From an uncultured Gemmatimonadaceae bacterium (lineage in GTDB: Bacteria; Gemmatimonadota; Gemmatimonadetes; Gemmatimonadales; Gemmatimonadaceae): DNA of 64,000 nt. Under the pieces are notes generated by a model. It saw only the letters and a program-made list of their open reading frames with translations, ran no database searches and was not told where the DNA came from. Position numbers and translations under genes: made by a program. This document shows, piece by piece, positions 43,243 through 55,874 of this stretch. Position 1 is the first letter of the stretch. Each line of letters begins with the position of its first letter. The stretch spans positions 2,176,001 through 2,240,000 of the forward strand of contig CAVXGK010000002.1 in NCBI GenBank assembly GCA_963761305.1. The letters run 5' to 3'.

Positions 43243-43782
43243 TTACTTGGCTCCCGTCTTACCGGCCTTGCGACGAACGATTTCGTCGGAATAGCGAATC
43301 CCCTTGCCTTTGTACGGCTCGGGCGGACGCAGACCGCGCAACTCGGCCGCGACCTGTCCGACGAGCGCCTTGTCGGCGCCGTCGATGATGATCTGCGTCG
43401 GCTGCGGCGCGGTCAGCTTGATGCCAGCGGGCGCCTTGTACTCGATCTGGTGCGAGAAGCCGAGGGCGAGCTGCAGCCCGTACGGCCGCTGCTCCGCCTT
43501 GTAGCCGACGCCCGTGATCTCGAGCTGCTTGCGATATCCCTTCGTCACGCCGTCCATCATGTTGTTGATGAGCGACCGCGTGAGACCGTGCAGCGACTTG
43601 TGGTGCGTCTCGTCCGACTCGCGCTTCACGTTGAGCGCGGCGTCCGTCTTGTCGACGGAGATGCCGGCCGGAAGCCGATGCGTGAGCTCGCCCTTGGGGC
43701 CCTTCACCTTCACGGTGTTGCCGTCCACCGCGACGGTGACGCCGCTGGGGATCGAGACGGGAAGTTTGCCGATACGCGACAT
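43243..43782 (-). CDS. rplF: 50S ribosomal protein L6
   Basis: MSRIGK and [11 protein letters not shown]. Confidence 0.98.
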   Translation of the reverse strand: MSRIGKLPVSIPSGVTVAVDGNTVKVKGPKGELTHRLPAGISVDKTDAALNVKRESDETHHKSLHGLTRSLINNMMDGVTKGYRKQLEITGVGYKAEQRPYGLQLALGFSHQIEYKAPAGIKLTAPQPTQIIIDGADKALVGQVAAELRGLRPPEPYKGKGIRYSDEIVRRKAGKTGAK

Positions 43783-43792
43783 GTCGATTCTC

Positions 43793-44191
43793 CTACCACA
43801 CCATGGCGACGAGCTCGCCGCCGGTGCGCGACTGCCGCGCCTCGCGGTCGGACATCAAGCCCTTGTTCGTGCTGAGGATCGCCAGGCCGAGTCCGTTGCG
43901 GACGCGCGGGATCTCGCCCGCGCCGACGTAGCGGCGGAGGCCGGGCGTCGACACGCGCTGCAGCTGGCGGATCACCGCCTGGCCGCCGGCGTACTTGAGC
44001 CGCACCCGCAGCACCTGACGGCCTTCGTCCGTCTCGAGCGTGGAATAATCCTGAATGTAATTGTTCTCTTTCAGGATTCTGGCGATCTCGACTTTCATCC
44101 GTGACACCGGAATGTCGACGCGGCGATGCTTCGATCCGCAAGCATTGCGGATGCGCGTCAGCATGTCGGCGATCGGGTCGGTCATTGACAT
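43793..44191 (-). CDS. rpsH: 30S ribosomal protein S8
   Basis: DPIADMLTRIRNA. Confidence 0.98.
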   Translation of the reverse strand: MSMTDPIADMLTRIRNACGSKHRRVDIPVSRMKVEIARILKENNYIQDYSTLETDEGRQVLRVRLKYAGGQAVIRQLQRVSTPGLRRYVGAGEIPRVRNGLGLAILSTNKGLMSDREARQSRTGGELVAMVW

Positions 44192-44286
44192 AGTGGAATC
44201 TGCGCTCCTCTCGTATCCGGGGTCGGACGTGGAGGAATAAGGTGAAGTGACATCTGACTGCTCTCGATCTCTGGTCTGACGTGTTT

Positions 44287-44331
44287 CCGGTCTACCGGTC
44301 TACCGGTCTACCGGTCTACCGGTCTACCGGT
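44287..44331. repeat. (CCGGTCTA)x5 array just after the rpsN stop
   Basis: Direct count; reads GGTAGACC on the sense strand, a variant of the GGTGGAC family. Confidence 0.93.
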
Positions 44332-44336
44332 ACCCG

Positions 44337-44522
44337 CTACCAGGACGCCTTTCGGACTCCGGGAATCATCCCCTGCAACGACAGCTCACGGAAGCAAATC
44401 CGGCACAAGCCGAACCGGCGCAAAAAGGCGCGCGAGCGGCCGCAGCGGCCGCACCGGTTGTGGACGCGGACCTTGAACTTCGGCTTCCGCTTGCTCTTCT
44501 CGATCATCGCCTTACGAGCCAT
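44337..44522 (-). CDS. rpsN: 30S ribosomal protein S14, Zn-binding type Z
   Basis: RCGRCGR...LCRICFR; 61 aa. Confidence 0.97.
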   Translation of the reverse strand: MARKAMIEKSKRKPKFKVRVHNRCGRCGRSRAFLRRFGLCRICFRELSLQGMIPGVRKASW

Positions 44523-44553
44523 CTGGATCTCTCTGTACTAGGTGAAGTCGGCG

Positions 44554-45222
44554 TCAGGCGGCGCCGCGGGTCTTTTTCTCGTCGGTGCGGAACGGCATGC
44601 CGAGCTCGCGCAGCAACGCCATCGCGTGGTCGTCGCGGTTGGTGCTCGTCACGAACGTGATGTCCATGCCGTGGATCGAGTCGATCGAGTCGTAGTTGAT
44701 CTCGGGAAAGATCATCTGCTCCTTGAGGCCGAGCGAATAATTTCCGCGGCCATCGAACGACCGGGTCCCCAGACCTCTGAAGTCGCGGATCCGTGGAATC
44801 GCGACGCTGATGAAACGATCGAGGAACTCCCACATCCGCGCGCCGCGCAGCGTGACCGCCGCACCGATTTCCTGTCCCTGGCGAAGGCCGAAATTGGAGA
44901 TCGACTTCTTCGCCTTCTTCCGCACCGGCTGCTGGCCGGTGATGATCGCCAGCTCGTCGACGACCGAATCGAGCGCCTTCGGCTGCTTGATCGCTTCGCC
45001 GACGCCGACGTTGAGCACGATCTTTTCGAGCCGCGGGACCTGATGCGGATTCGCGTACGAGAACTGCTGCGTCAGCTTCGGGCGAACGGTCGCCAAATAG
45101 AAGTCGCGCAGCCGCGGCGCGGGAACGGGCAGCTTCGCGCCGGCGTGCGGTCCACGCGTGCGCGCTTCGCCGCCGCCCTTCTTTCCTTTGCCCTTACCGG
45201 GCTTCGTCTCTTTGTTGGCCAT
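44554..45222 (-). CDS. rplE: 50S ribosomal protein L5
   Basis: [18 protein letters not shown] and FDGRGNY. Confidence 0.98.
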   Translation of the reverse strand: MANKETKPGKGKGKKGGGEARTRGPHAGAKLPVPAPRLRDFYLATVRPKLTQQFSYANPHQVPRLEKIVLNVGVGEAIKQPKALDSVVDELAIITGQQPVRKKAKKSISNFGLRQGQEIGAAVTLRGARMWEFLDRFISVAIPRIRDFRGLGTRSFDGRGNYSLGLKEQMIFPEINYDSIDSIHGMDITFVTSTNRDDHAMALLRELGMPFRTDEKKTRGAA

Positions 45223-45240
45223 GGGTCTCAGTCTCTCGTG

Positions 45241-45648
45241 CTACTTCAGCACTCGCGGAATCGCTTCGCCGCTCTTGACGGCGATGCGTTCCTTGGTTCC
45301 GTCTTCGTCGATCTGCCGGCGCGTGCGCGTCGGCTCGCCTTTCTTCGGGTCGAGCAGCATCACGTTCGAAGCGTGAATCGGCGCCGGGAAATCGACGATG
45401 CCGCTCTGCTCGTCCGCCGTCCGCGCGCGGCGATGCCGCTTCACGATGTTCACGCCCTCGATCGTCACACGGCCCGTCTTGTGTAACACGCGGAGGATCT
45501 TGCCCTCTTTGCCCTTGTCGTCGCCCCGCATCACGCGCACGGTGTCGCCCCTGGTCACGTGAATCTTGACGACCGCCTTGTTGCCGGCGTGCCGCTGGCG
45601 GTTGACGGCGCGCGGCCGATCGGTCTTGCGATGTTTGAGAATTCGCAT
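45241..45648 (-). CDS. rplX: 50S ribosomal protein L24
   Basis: [16 protein letters not shown] and PIHASNV. Confidence 0.96.
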   Translation of the reverse strand: MRILKHRKTDRPRAVNRQRHAGNKAVVKIHVTRGDTVRVMRGDDKGKEGKILRVLHKTGRVTIEGVNIVKRHRRARTADEQSGIVDFPAPIHASNVMLLDPKKGEPTRTRRQIDEDGTKERIAVKSGEAIPRVLK

Positions 45649-45649
45649 G

Positions 45650-46018
45650 TCAGATCACCTCGGGCGCCAACGACACGATCTTCATGTACCGCTTCTCGCG
45701 CAGCTCGCGCGCGACCGGACCGAAGATGCGGGTCGCCCGGGGCTCCCCTTCTTCGTTGATGATGACGACGGCGTTCTCGTCGAACCGGATGTAGCTCCCG
45801 TCCTTCCGCCGTGTCTCCTTGGCGGTGCGCACCACGACGGCACGCGCCACGTCGGATTTCTTCACGGTGCCGTTCGGCAGCGCGTCCTTCACGGCGACGA
45901 TCACGACGTCGCCCAGGCCGGCGTAGCGCCGGCGCGTTCCGCCGAGGACGCGGATGACGAGCGCGCGCTTCGCGCCCGAGTTGTCCGCAACCCTGACGAT
46001 GGATTCCTGTTGAATCAT
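45650..46018 (-). CDS. rplN: 50S ribosomal protein L14
   Basis: VADNSGAK and [11 protein letters not shown]. Confidence 0.98.
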   Translation of the reverse strand: MIQQESIVRVADNSGAKRALVIRVLGGTRRRYAGLGDVVIVAVKDALPNGTVKKSDVARAVVVRTAKETRRKDGSYIRFDENAVVIINEEGEPRATRIFGPVARELREKRYMKIVSLAPEVI

Positions 46019-46034
46019 TGGATCATCTCCCGGT

Positions 46035-46343
46035 TCACCGCGCCCGTTCGACGATCTCGACGACGCGCCACCGCTTGTCCTTCGACAGCGGGCGCGTCTC
46101 CGCGATGCGGACGGTGTCGCCGGTCTTGGCCGCGTTCTCTTCGTCGTGCGCTTTCACCTTCGTCGTCCGCGTCACCATCTTGCCGTACACGGGGTGCGCG
46201 ACGCGGCGTTGAATCGCCACGACCACGGTCTTCTGCATCTTGTCGCTCACCACCGTTCCCGTGCGGACCTTTCGCGATCCGCGCTCGGTCGCCGCCGTCG
46301 CGCTGTTTTCGGCCGCGCTATTCAACGATGTTCGATTAACCAT
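46035..46343 (-). CDS. rpsQ: 30S ribosomal protein S17
   Basis: VVSDKMQKT and [11 protein letters not shown]. Confidence 0.97.
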   Translation of the reverse strand: MVNRTSLNSAAENSATAATERGSRKVRTGTVVSDKMQKTVVVAIQRRVAHPVYGKMVTRTTKVKAHDEENAAKTGDTVRIAETRPLSKDKRWRVVEIVERAR

Positions 46344-46593
46344 TGGCTCCCCGCTTTGCCTTCGTCTTCCGCGTTCTCGCCGCCGACGACGCCGGCTTCG
46401 CTTCCGTCCCGCCGCCCTCGCGCATCACCGTCTTCAGGCGCGCGATGTCGCGCCGGATGACGCGCAGCCGCAACGGATCCTCGAGCGGCTCCGTCCCGCT
46501 GCGGAACTTGAGGCGGAACTGCTCCTCTTCGAGCTCGCGGACGCGAGCCACGATGTCGTCCTTTCCCATCTCGCGAATCTCTTCAGCTCGCAT
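46336..46593 (-). CDS. rpmC: 50S ribosomal protein L29
   Basis: FRLKF...[10 protein letters not shown]. Confidence 0.95.
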   Translation of the reverse strand: MRAEEIREMGKDDIVARVRELEEEQFRLKFRSGTEPLEDPLRLRVIRRDIARLKTVMREGGGTEAKPASSAARTRKTKAKRGANG

Positions 46594-46596
46594 CGC

Positions 46597-47022
46597 TCAG
46601 GCTCCTCCTTCCGCGCCTTCGCGCGTGACGAACTTCGTGCGCACCGGCATCTTGGCCGCCGCCAGCGCCATCGCCTTCTCGGCGATCTCGCGCGTCACGC
46701 CCTCGAGCTCGAACAGCACGCGCCCCGGACGCACGACCGCCACCCACATCTCCGGCGATCCCTTGCCTTTGCCCATGCGCGTTTCGGCCGGTTTCTTCGT
46801 GATCGGTTTGTCGGGGAACAGGCGGATCCACACCTTGCCGCCGCGCTTGATGTGACGCGTGAGCGCCACGCGCGCCGCTTCGATCTGGCGCGCGGTGATC
46901 CAACCCGGCTCCATCGTCTGCAGCCCGTACGTGCCGAACGACACTTCACCGCCGCGACTCGCCAGACCGCGCGTGCGGCCCTTGAATCGCTTGCGGAATT
47001 TCACTCGCTTCGGTGCCAGCAT
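46597..47022 (-). CDS. rplP: 50S ribosomal protein L16
   Basis: [11 protein letters not shown] and ETRMGKGKG. Confidence 0.98.
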   Translation of the reverse strand: MLAPKRVKFRKRFKGRTRGLASRGGEVSFGTYGLQTMEPGWITARQIEAARVALTRHIKRGGKVWIRLFPDKPITKKPAETRMGKGKGSPEMWVAVVRPGRVLFELEGVTREIAEKAMALAAAKMPVRTKFVTREGAEGGA

Positions 47023-47039
47023 TGCTCGCTCGTCTCCTT

Positions 47040-47163
47040 GTGATCGTTCCTCGCTTCGGCGCTTCCGCACCTCCGCTCGGAATTCTCCATCCAGCCGTCT
47101 TCGTGATCGTTCCTCGCTTCGACGCTTCGCGCCTCCGCTCGGACTTCTCCATCAAGCCGTCTT
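47040..47163. repeat. ~62-bp imperfect tandem duplication filling the rpsC-rplP spacer
   Basis: Units 47040-47101 and 47103-47163 (GTGATCGTTCCTCGCTTCG...AGCCGTCTT). Confidence 0.92.
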
Positions 47164-47821
47164 ACATGCCGGAGGAGTAGGTAGTCCCGCGGCGATCCTC
47201 GACCTTCTCGCCCTTGAAGATCCACACCTTCACGCCGATGGCGCCGAAGGTCGTCTTCGCGGTCGACGTCGCGTAGTCGATGTCCGCCCTCAGTGTGTGC
47301 AGGGGAACTCTGCCCTCGTGGTAGCCTTCGACGCGCGCGATCTCCGCGCCGCCGAGCCGGCCGCCCGCCTTCACCTTGATGCCCTGCGCGCCCATGCGCA
47401 TCGCGCTCTGCACCGCGCGCTTCATCGCGCGACGGAACGAGATGCGCTGCGCCAGCTGGCTCGCGATGTTGTCCGCCACCAGCTGCGCGTCGAGCTCCGG
47501 GCGCTTGATCTCTTCGACGTTGATGCCGACTTCCTTGCCCGTCAGGTGCGCCAGTTCGTCGCGCAGCTTGTCCACCTCGGCGCCTTTCTTTCCGATGACG
47601 ACGCCCGGGCGCCCGGTGTGCAGCGTGACGACGACCTTGCCCGGCTTGCGGTCGATCACGATGTCCGCGATCGCCGCGTGCCCGAGGCGCGCCTTGAGAT
47701 ACTTGCGCAGCAATTCGTCCTCGCGCAGCAACGCGGGCAGCTCACGCCCGGCGTAGTAGCGCGACTTCCAGTCCTTCGAGATGCCGAGGCGGAACCCGAT
47801 CGGATGTGTCTTCTGTCCCAT
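47162..47821 (-). CDS. rpsC: 30S ribosomal protein S3
   Basis: [13 protein letters not shown] and [11 protein letters not shown]. Confidence 0.98.
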   Translation of the reverse strand: MGQKTHPIGFRLGISKDWKSRYYAGRELPALLREDELLRKYLKARLGHAAIADIVIDRKPGKVVVTLHTGRPGVVIGKKGAEVDKLRDELAHLTGKEVGINVEEIKRPELDAQLVADNIASQLAQRISFRRAMKRAVQSAMRMGAQGIKVKAGGRLGGAEIARVEGYHEGRVPLHTLRADIDYATSTAKTTFGAIGVKVWIFKGEKVEDRRGTTYSSGM

Positions 47822-48183
47822 TACCGACTCTCCCGCTCGGCGACCACGATTTCCACGTGGCTCGTCCGTTTCTGGATTGGAGTGGCACGTCCCATCGCGG
47901 CCGGCATGAACCGCTTGAGCTTCTGTCCTTCGTTCACGACCGCCCGCTTGATGTACAGGTCGTCGACGTCGATCGACGTGTTGCCTTCACGCGCCGCGTG
48001 CTCCGCGTTGGCGACGGCCGACCGCAACGTCTTGGCGATCTGTTTCGCCGCGTGCTTCTTCGAGAACTGCAAATAGGCGAGCGCGTCGTTGACGCTCTTG
48101 CCGCGGATCTCGTCGATGACGAGCCGCATCTTGTAGGGCGACTGTCGCGCGGAGCGTTGCGTCGCGCGGGCTTCGGTGGCCAT
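47821..48183 (-). CDS. rplV: 50S ribosomal protein L22
   Basis: [18 protein letters not shown] and KRTSH. Confidence 0.97.
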   Translation of the reverse strand: MATEARATQRSARQSPYKMRLVIDEIRGKSVNDALAYLQFSKKHAAKQIAKTLRSAVANAEHAAREGNTSIDVDDLYIKRAVVNEGQKLKRFMPAAMGRATPIQKRTSHVEIVVAERESR

Positions 48184-48186
48184 CGG

Positions 48187-48549
48187 CTATCTCCCTCCGC
48201 GCGGCGAGGGCGACGACGCGGCCGGAGCCGTGGCGGCCGGCGCGGCGGCGGTGCCGGCGGCCGGCGTCGGCGCCTTCTTGTCGACGGCCTTCTGTCCCGT
48301 GTGTCCGCGGAACAGGCGCGTCGGCGCGAACTCGCCGAGCTTGTGGCCGACCATGTTCTCGGTCACGTACACCGGGATGAACTTGTTCCCGTTGTGCACG
48401 GCGAACGTGTGGCCGACGAACTCCGGCAGCACGGTGCTCGCCCGCGACCAGGTCTTGATCACGCGCTTCTCGTTCTTGGCGGCCATGGCCTCGACCTTCT
48501 TGGCCAGCGCCTCTTGAACGAACGGTCCCTTCTTTACGCTACGTCCCAT
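48187..48549 (-). CDS. rpsS: 30S ribosomal protein S19
   Basis: KKGPFV and [13 protein letters not shown]. Confidence 0.98.
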   Translation of the reverse strand: MGRSVKKGPFVQEALAKKVEAMAAKNEKRVIKTWSRASTVLPEFVGHTFAVHNGNKFIPVYVTENMVGHKLGEFAPTRLFRGHTGQKAVDKKAPTPAAGTAAAPAATAPAASSPSPRGGR

Positions 48550-48561
48550 AGGATCGATACC

Positions 48562-49392
48562 TTATTGAGTCGCTTTGCCGCGCTTGCGGCCGCGGACGAT
48601 GAGGCGCTGTGACGACTTCTTCTTGTTCCGCGTCTTGACGCCTTCCTTCTTGCCCCACGGGCTCACCACGTTGCGCCCGCCGCGCGTGCGTCCGCCGTGC
48701 GGATGGTCGACCGGGTTCATGACTTCGCCGCGGACCTTCGGACGGCGGCCGAGCCACCGCGTCTTGCCCGCCTTGCCCCACGACACGAGCTCGTGCTCCT
48801 CGTTGCCGACGACGCCGATCGTCGCCAGGCAGCGCGCGTGCACGAGCCGCATCTCCGACGACGGCATGCGGAGCGTGACGTACTCGCCTTCCTTCGCGAC
48901 GACTTGCGCCGACATGCCCGCCGACCGGCAGAGCTGGCCGCCCTTCCCGATCTTCAATTCGATGTTGTGAACGGACGTGCCGAGCGGCATCTCCGACAGC
49001 GGGAGCGTGTTGCCGGTGCGGATGTCCGAGCCCGGGCCGGACATGATCGAATCGCCGACGGCGAGCCCCTTGGGATGCAGGATGTAGCGCTTCTCGCCGT
49101 CGCCATACACGACGAGCGCGATGCGCGCCGAGCGATTCGGATCGTATTCGATCGTCGAGATCGTGCCCGGAACGCCGTGCTTGTTGCGCTTGAAATCGAT
49201 GACGCGGTACTGGCGCTTGTGCCCGCCGCCACGACGGCGCATCGAGATGTGGCCGTGGTTGTCGCGGCCGCCGCTCTTCTTGATCGGCTCGAGCAGCGAC
49301 TTCTCCGGCTCGACCGCGCTCAGCTCGGAGAAATCCGAGACCGAGCGGAATCGCGTGCCCTTGGTGACCGGTTTGAATTGACGAATCGGCAT
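48562..49392 (-). CDS. rplB: 50S ribosomal protein L2
   Basis: [12 protein letters not shown] and [10 protein letters not shown]. Confidence 0.98.
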   Translation of the reverse strand: MPIRQFKPVTKGTRFRSVSDFSELSAVEPEKSLLEPIKKSGGRDNHGHISMRRRGGGHKRQYRVIDFKRNKHGVPGTISTIEYDPNRSARIALVVYGDGEKRYILHPKGLAVGDSIMSGPGSDIRTGNTLPLSEMPLGTSVHNIELKIGKGGQLCRSAGMSAQVVAKEGEYVTLRMPSSEMRLVHARCLATIGVVGNEEHELVSWGKAGKTRWLGRRPKVRGEVMNPVDHPHGGRTRGGRNVVSPWGKKEGVKTRNKKKSSQRLIVRGRKRGKATQ

Positions 49393-49411
49393 TGGTTGGT
49401 GTGCTCGCTGC

Positions 49412-49708
49412 TCAGGCTTCGAAGACGTGCTCGATCGAATCGCCCTCGCGGAGCGTCACGATCGCTTTCTTCCAGTCGGGGCGGCGTCCCACGACACGGG
49501 TCGCGCCCAGGCGCTTGTCCTTACCGCGGACGTTCATCGTCCAGATGCCGGTGACCTTCACGCCGAACAGCTGCTCGATGGCCGCGCGAATCTGCGTCTT
49601 GGTCGCGTCGCGATGCACTTCGAACGCGTACTCACCGCGATGCTGATAAGCGGCCGAGGTCTTCTCGGTGATCAGCGGCCGCACGATGGTGCGATGGAGG
49701 GTGGGCAT
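49412..49708 (-). CDS. rplW: 50S ribosomal protein L23
   Basis: PLITEK and WKKAIVTL. Confidence 0.97.
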   Translation of the reverse strand: MPTLHRTIVRPLITEKTSAAYQHRGEYAFEVHRDATKTQIRAAIEQLFGVKVTGIWTMNVRGKDKRLGATRVVGRRPDWKKAIVTLREGDSIEHVFEA

Positions 49709-49711
49709 CGG

Positions 49712-50566
49712 TTACTTCCCCTTCTTCTTTGAGGTGCGCGGCTTGGATCGCGCGCCGCTCGCCGACTTCTTCGCCGCCGCCTTGGCCGTGGACTTCTTCT
49801 TCGCGACGGCCTTGGCTTTCGGTGCGCCGGCGGCCTTCGCCGCCGTCTTCTTCGCCGTCGACTTGCCCTTGGTGGCGCGCGACGGCGCGGCGTGCTTCGC
49901 GTCGGCTTCTTCGCGCTCGGCCATGGGCGTCATCGCTTCACCGATGGCGCCGGACTCGATGAGCACCACGTCGGACCAGAGCAGATGGTACGTCGAGACG
50001 TCCGCGTACGGCATCACGTGCACCGACGGCAGATTGCGGCCGCTCAGGAACACGTTCTGCTTCGAGCCGTCGGTGAGGATGAGCACCTTCTGCTCGCCCA
50101 CGCCGAGGCGTTCGACGAGCGCCTTGAGGCGCGACGTCTTCGGCGAATCGTACTCGAAGCGGTCGATGACGAAGATCGCGTTCTCGCGCGCCCGCGCGTT
50201 GAGCGCGCTCTTGCGGGCGAGCGCACGCACCTGGCGCGGCACGTACTGCGCGTAGCTGCGCGGCGTCGGTCCGAAGACCGTGCCGCCGCCGACCCAGTGC
50301 GGCGCGCGCGTCGAGCCCTGTCGGGCGCGGCCCGTGCCCTTCTGCTTCCACGGCTTCTGGTTGCCGCCGATGACGTACTTGCGAATCTTCGTCGCCGCGT
50401 TGCCCTGACGCTGGTTGGCGAGGAACGCCTTCACCGCCTGGTGCATCACCGGCATGTTCACGGTGCCGTCGAACAGCGCGCCGGGGAGCGCGACGGTATC
50501 GCGCGCCGTCCCGCGCGCCGTGTAGGCGGCGGCCCGGAATGAGGTTTCGGTCGTGGTATCAGCCAT
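49712..50566 (-). CDS. rplD: 50S ribosomal protein L4 with Lys/Ala-rich C-terminal tail
   Basis: [15 protein letters not shown]. Confidence 0.97.
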   Translation of the reverse strand: MADTTTETSFRAAAYTARGTARDTVALPGALFDGTVNMPVMHQAVKAFLANQRQGNAATKIRKYVIGGNQKPWKQKGTGRARQGSTRAPHWVGGGTVFGPTPRSYAQYVPRQVRALARKSALNARARENAIFVIDRFEYDSPKTSRLKALVERLGVGEQKVLILTDGSKQNVFLSGRNLPSVHVMPYADVSTYHLLWSDVVLIESGAIGEAMTPMAEREEADAKHAAPSRATKGKSTAKKTAAKAAGAPKAKAVAKKKSTAKAAAKKSASGARSKPRTSKKKGK

Positions 50567-50583
50567 GAGAGTTCTCGAGTGCC

Positions 50584-51267
50584 TTAGCTCAGCTTGCGCA
50601 CGACCACGATACCGCCGGCCTTTCCGGCCACGGACCCGCGGACGTAGATCAGGTTGCGCTCGGCGTCGATCTTCTCGACGCGAAGGTCTGTTTGCGTATG
50701 GCGCGCGTCGCCGTAATGGCCCGGCATCTTCTTGCCTTTGATGACGCGCGACGGATCCGTGCCGGGGCCGATCGAGCCCGGACGACGATGCTTCGTGTTG
50801 CCGTGGGTGTTCGGGCCGCCACCGATGCCGTGGCGCTTCACGACGCCCTGAAAGCCGTGTCCCACGGACGTGCCGGTGACCTTCACCGTGTCGCCGACGA
50901 CGAACACGTCGACCTTCACGACGTCGCCGATGGTGTACGACGGGATCTGCGCCTTGGCGTTGCCCGGCTCGTCGAGCCGCACCGACCGCAGCACGCGCGG
51001 CGGCGCCTCGAGGCCGGCCTTCTTGGCGTGGCCGACGGCGGCGAGCGTCGCGCGGTGTCCCTTCGGCGCGCCCTCACCCCGCTTCGACGCACGACGCAGG
51101 CGCGACGATCCGAGCCCGAGCTGCACCGAGGCGTAGCCGGACTTCGCCGGGTCCGTGACCGCGACGACCGGGTTCGGCGGCGCTTCGATCACCGTCACCG
51201 GGATCTGCTGGCCCGCCTCGTTGAAGATCTGGGTCATGCCCAGCTTTTTTCCGACAATACCAATCAT
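50584..51267 (-). CDS. rplC: 50S ribosomal protein L3
   Basis: GKKLGMTQIF, GFQGVVKRH and KGKKMPGH. Confidence 0.97.
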   Translation of the reverse strand: MIGIVGKKLGMTQIFNEAGQQIPVTVIEAPPNPVVAVTDPAKSGYASVQLGLGSSRLRRASKRGEGAPKGHRATLAAVGHAKKAGLEAPPRVLRSVRLDEPGNAKAQIPSYTIGDVVKVDVFVVGDTVKVTGTSVGHGFQGVVKRHGIGGGPNTHGNTKHRRPGSIGPGTDPSRVIKGKKMPGHYGDARHTQTDLRVEKIDAERNLIYVRGSVAGKAGGIVVVRKLS

Positions 51268-51447
51268 ATCTCGATCATTCCTGAGTTAGTCGCTGCGGGC
51301 CGCTTGGCCTGAAGCAGTTGGACTGTGGAATAGGCTGCTGTAGTTGTCAGCGGCAGCGGCTGTCGTCAGTGCCCGCCGCCTGTTGCCGCCGCTGCCGACT
51401 AGAGTGACTCTCAGTCAACCAATCCCCATTGGTGCGCTTTCGCCTGC

Positions 51448-51756
51448 CTACTCCACCTTGATTTCGACGTCCACGCCGGCCGGCAGGTCCAGCTTCGTCA
51501 GCGCGTCGACCGTCTGGGCGCGCGAGTCGAGGATGTCGATTACGCGCTTGTGCGTCTTGAGCTCGAACTGCTCTCGCGACTTCTTGTCGACGTGCGGCGA
51601 CCGCAGCACAGTCCATCGCTGCGTCTTGGTGGGCAGCGGAATCGGGCCCGACACCTGCGCGCCCGTCTTCTCCGCCGTCCGCACGATGTCCGCCGACGCT
51701 TGATCGATCACCGCGTGATCGAACGCCTTGAGACGAATGCGAATTCTGCCAGCCAT
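51448..51756 (-). CDS. rpsJ: 30S ribosomal protein S10
   Basis: [10 protein letters not shown] and [12 protein letters not shown]. Confidence 0.98.
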   Translation of the reverse strand: MAGRIRIRLKAFDHAVIDQASADIVRTAEKTGAQVSGPIPLPTKTQRWTVLRSPHVDKKSREQFELKTHKRVIDILDSRAQTVDALTKLDLPAGVDVEIKVE

Positions 51757-51832
51757 TGGGTTTCTCGCTGAGTGACTGTCGCTAACGATTGTCGCTGACG
51801 ACTGGAGTCCCAGCCGTCAGCGACGATCGTAT

Positions 51833-53035
<1,203 letters not shown>

Positions 53036-53073
53036 TGAACTGATCCCTATTGGATTAAGAGTTCTCTCGCCTG

Positions 53074-55170
53074 CTACGCTTTCACTTTCGCGACGATTTC
53101 TTCGGCCTTGCTCTTCGGCACCTCATCATAGTGCGCGAATTCCATCGAGTACACTGCGCGGCCCTGCGACATCGAGCGCAACCGTGTGGAGTACCCGAAC
53201 ATCTCCTCGAGAGGCACCGTCGCGGCGATCACCTGCGCTTCGCCCCGCTGTGTCATCCCGCCGATCTTGCCGCGACGCGCCGAGAGATCGCCCAGCACGT
53301 CGCCCATGAACGCATCGGGCGTCACCACTTCGACGTTCATCAGCGGCTCCAGCAGCACCGGATGGGCGCGCTTCGCCGCCTCCTTGTACGCCATCGAGCC
53401 CGCGATCTTGAACGCCATTTCGCTCGAATCGACGTCGTGGTACGACCCGTACACGAGCTCGACCTTCACGTCGACCATCGGATAGCCCGCCAACACGCCG
53501 TTCTCGAGCGCTTCCTTGATGCCCTGCTCGACCGGCGCGATGTATTCGCGCGGGATCACGCCGCCGACGATCTTGTCCTCGAAGAGGAAGCCGGCGCCAG
53601 GCTCCGACGGCTCCATGTTGATGACGACATGGCCGTACTGGCCCTTGCCGCCCGACTGCCGGATGAACTTCCCTTCGACCTTCTCGACGCGCTTCCGGAT
53701 CGTCTCGCGGAACGCGACCTGCGGGCGACCGATGTTCGCGTCGACCTTGAACTCGCGCTGCATGCGGTCGACGATGATCTCCAGGTGCAACTCGCCCATC
53801 CCCGAGATGATCGTCTGAGCCGTCTCCTCGTCCGTGTGAACGCGGAACGTCGGGTCTTCTTCCGACAACTTCGCCAGCGCGATGCCGAGCTTGTCCTGAT
53901 CCGCCTTCGTCTTCGGCTCGATGGCGACGTCGATGACGGGATTCGGGAACTTCATCGCCTCGAGGATGATCGGATGATCATCGTCGCACAGCGTGTCGCC
54001 CGTGCGCGTGTCGCGGAGGCCGATCGCGGCGGCGATGTCGCCGGCGCGCACTTCCTCGATCTCCTCGCGCTTGTTGGCGTGCATCTGCAAGAGACGACCG
54101 ACGCGCTCGCGCTTGTCCTTCGTCGAGTTGTAGACGTACGAGCCCGACTCCAACACGCCGGAGTAGACGCGGAAGAACGTCAGTTTTCCGACGAACGGAT
54201 CGGTGGCGATCTTGAACGCCAGCGCCGCGAACGGCGTCTCGTCCGAGACCGGACGCTCGGCGCGATGCTCGTCGTGGTGCGGGAGATGGCCTTCGATCGC
54301 CTTCACGTCCACCGGCGCGGGGAGATAGTCAATCACCGCGTCGAGCAGCGCCTGGACGCCCTTGTTCTTGAACGAGGCGCCGCAGAGCACGGGAACCATC
54401 TTGCCGGCGACCGTCGCCTTGCGAATCGCGCTGCGGATCTCCTCGCAGCTCAGCTCTTCGCCGTTCAAGTACTTCTCCATCACGCTGTCGTCGTTGGCGA
54501 CGGCGTGGTCGATCAGATCGTGACGCGCGCGTTCGACGCGCTCGCGATACTCGGCCGGCACCTCGACGACGTCGAACTTTTTGCCAAGCGACTCGTCGTC
54601 GAAGATGTACTGTTTGCGTTCGATGACGTCGATGTGGCCCGTGAACAGCTCACCGGATCCGACCGGGAGCTGCAACGGAAACGCGTCCTTCGAAAGCCGG
54701 TCGCGGATCATCGTCATGCACCGATCGAAGTCGGCGCCGACGCGGTCCATCTTGTTGGCGAAGATCAGGCGCGGTACGCCGTAGCGGTCGGCCTGTCGCC
54801 ACACGGTCTCCGTCTGCGGCTCGACGCCGGCGACGGAATCGAGCAGCGTCACGGCGCCGTCGAGCACGCGGAGCGAACGCTCGACCTCGACGGTGAAGTC
54901 GACGTGGCCGGGCGTGTCGATGATGTTGATGCGGTACTCGATACCGTTGCGCGTCCAGAACGCGGTCGTCGCGGCAGACGTGATCGTGATGCCGCGCTCC
55001 TGCTCCTGCTCCATCCAATCCATCGTCGCGGTGCCTTCATGCACCTCGCCGATCTTGTGCGCCTTTCCGGTATAGTAGAGGATGCGCTCGGTCGTAGTCG
55101 TCTTACCGGCATCAATGTGGGCCATGATGCCGATATTCCGATAATGTTCGAGCGGTGTTTCGCGGGCCAT
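53074..55170 (-). CDS. fusA: Elongation factor G
   Basis: [23 protein letters not shown] and GMGELHL. Confidence 0.99.
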   Translation of the reverse strand: MARETPLEHYRNIGIMAHIDAGKTTTTERILYYTGKAHKIGEVHEGTATMDWMEQEQERGITITSAATTAFWTRNGIEYRINIIDTPGHVDFTVEVERSLRVLDGAVTLLDSVAGVEPQTETVWRQADRYGVPRLIFANKMDRVGADFDRCMTMIRDRLSKDAFPLQLPVGSGELFTGHIDVIERKQYIFDDESLGKKFDVVEVPAEYRERVERARHDLIDHAVANDDSVMEKYLNGEELSCEEIRSAIRKATVAGKMVPVLCGASFKNKGVQALLDAVIDYLPAPVDVKAIEGHLPHHDEHRAERPVSDETPFAALAFKIATDPFVGKLTFFRVYSGVLESGSYVYNSTKDKRERVGRLLQMHANKREEIEEVRAGDIAAAIGLRDTRTGDTLCDDDHPIILEAMKFPNPVIDVAIEPKTKADQDKLGIALAKLSEEDPTFRVHTDEETAQTIISGMGELHLEIIVDRMQREFKVDANIGRPQVAFRETIRKRVEKVEGKFIRQSGGKGQYGHVVINMEPSEPGAGFLFEDKIVGGVIPREYIAPVEQGIKEALENGVLAGYPMVDVKVELVYGSYHDVDSSEMAFKIAGSMAYKEAAKRAHPVLLEPLMNVEVVTPDAFMGDVLGDLSARRGKIGGMTQRGEAQVIAATVPLEEMFGYSTRLRSMSQGRAVYSMEFAHYDEVPKSKAEEIVAKVKA

Positions 55171-55556
55171 ATGAAGTCAGTTCAGCGAATTCGAAGTCGA
55201 GTCAGTTGGTACTGCGGAAAACGGTCGTGCGATATCCACCAGCAAAAACGCGGGTGGACCGGTCCCCTCGAGAGGGCGGTATCCATCCGCAGTCGCCGGG
55301 TACACTCGCCGCTGCTGCGCGAGTGGGGACCCAAGGCGCGCCCGTCCCGACTATCCGCCGCGACGCCGTCAGACCCAGCGGGTCGCAAACTCGGGATGAA
55401 CGTCAGATTTTCCTGCGTCGCTTTTCGGGAGCCGGCGCACTCACTCGAGTACGTCGACCGGAGCAGACCCCTGCGTCATGCAGGCCCATAAGAGTCGGCG
55501 CGCAGCTCGCCGATGCAACTCGCGGGGTTGGGGCCTAAGCGCCCAAGACCCGGAGC
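55171..55556 (-). ncRNA. Candidate long structured 5' leader of fusA with terminator-like hairpin
   Basis: Several predicted stems; hairpin 55249-55290 followed by GTTTTT; lies downstream of a sigma70-like promoter. Confidence 0.4.
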
Positions 55557-55562
55557 CCTTTT

Positions 55563-55590
55563 AAGTTATCGAGGGTTCGTCGCGTGTCAA
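55563..55590 (-). promoter_or_regulatory. Sigma70-like promoter for fusA-tuf-S10
   Basis: Minus strand TTGACA-16 nt-TAACTT. Confidence 0.65.
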
Positions 55591-55874
55591 CGGAGTGAGT
55601 GGGCTCGCGTTGAGAAGCCCCGCGGGCGATCGCGCCGCCCGAGCCAGCGGCGACCACGATCCACCAGGCGTTTTCCAGGGTTCTCGGGGCCAACTCGACG
55701 GCAGTCGAGCCCGGCAAAAGATAGTCCGTTTGCCCCCCGCCTAGGCCTTTGGACCAACTTGCGCGCCCGCGTCTTGCACTTTTGGTCGCCGCACTGGCTC
55801 TCTCGAGCCTCGTGGCGCGGCGCTCCATGGTCGCGACGCGACCTCATGAACAACTGAACATTCGGAGCAACCCG

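Noticed and set aside
46946..47155. 69-aa ORF across the rpsC-rplP duplication
   Set aside because: Overlaps rplP out of frame and merely reflects the DNA repeat
53131..55491. Long antisense ORFs (e.g. opposite fusA, secY, the GMC gene, the HDAC)
   Set aside because: Typical shadow ORFs of high-GC coding DNA with no recognisable motifs
55171..55556. RNase P RNA, tmRNA or tRNA in the fusA upstream region
   Set aside because: No recognisable RNase P core motif, tmRNA ends or cloverleaf
55760..55782. Sigma54 promoter at the shared 18-mer (TTGCA)
   Set aside because: The invariant -24 GG is absent in both copies
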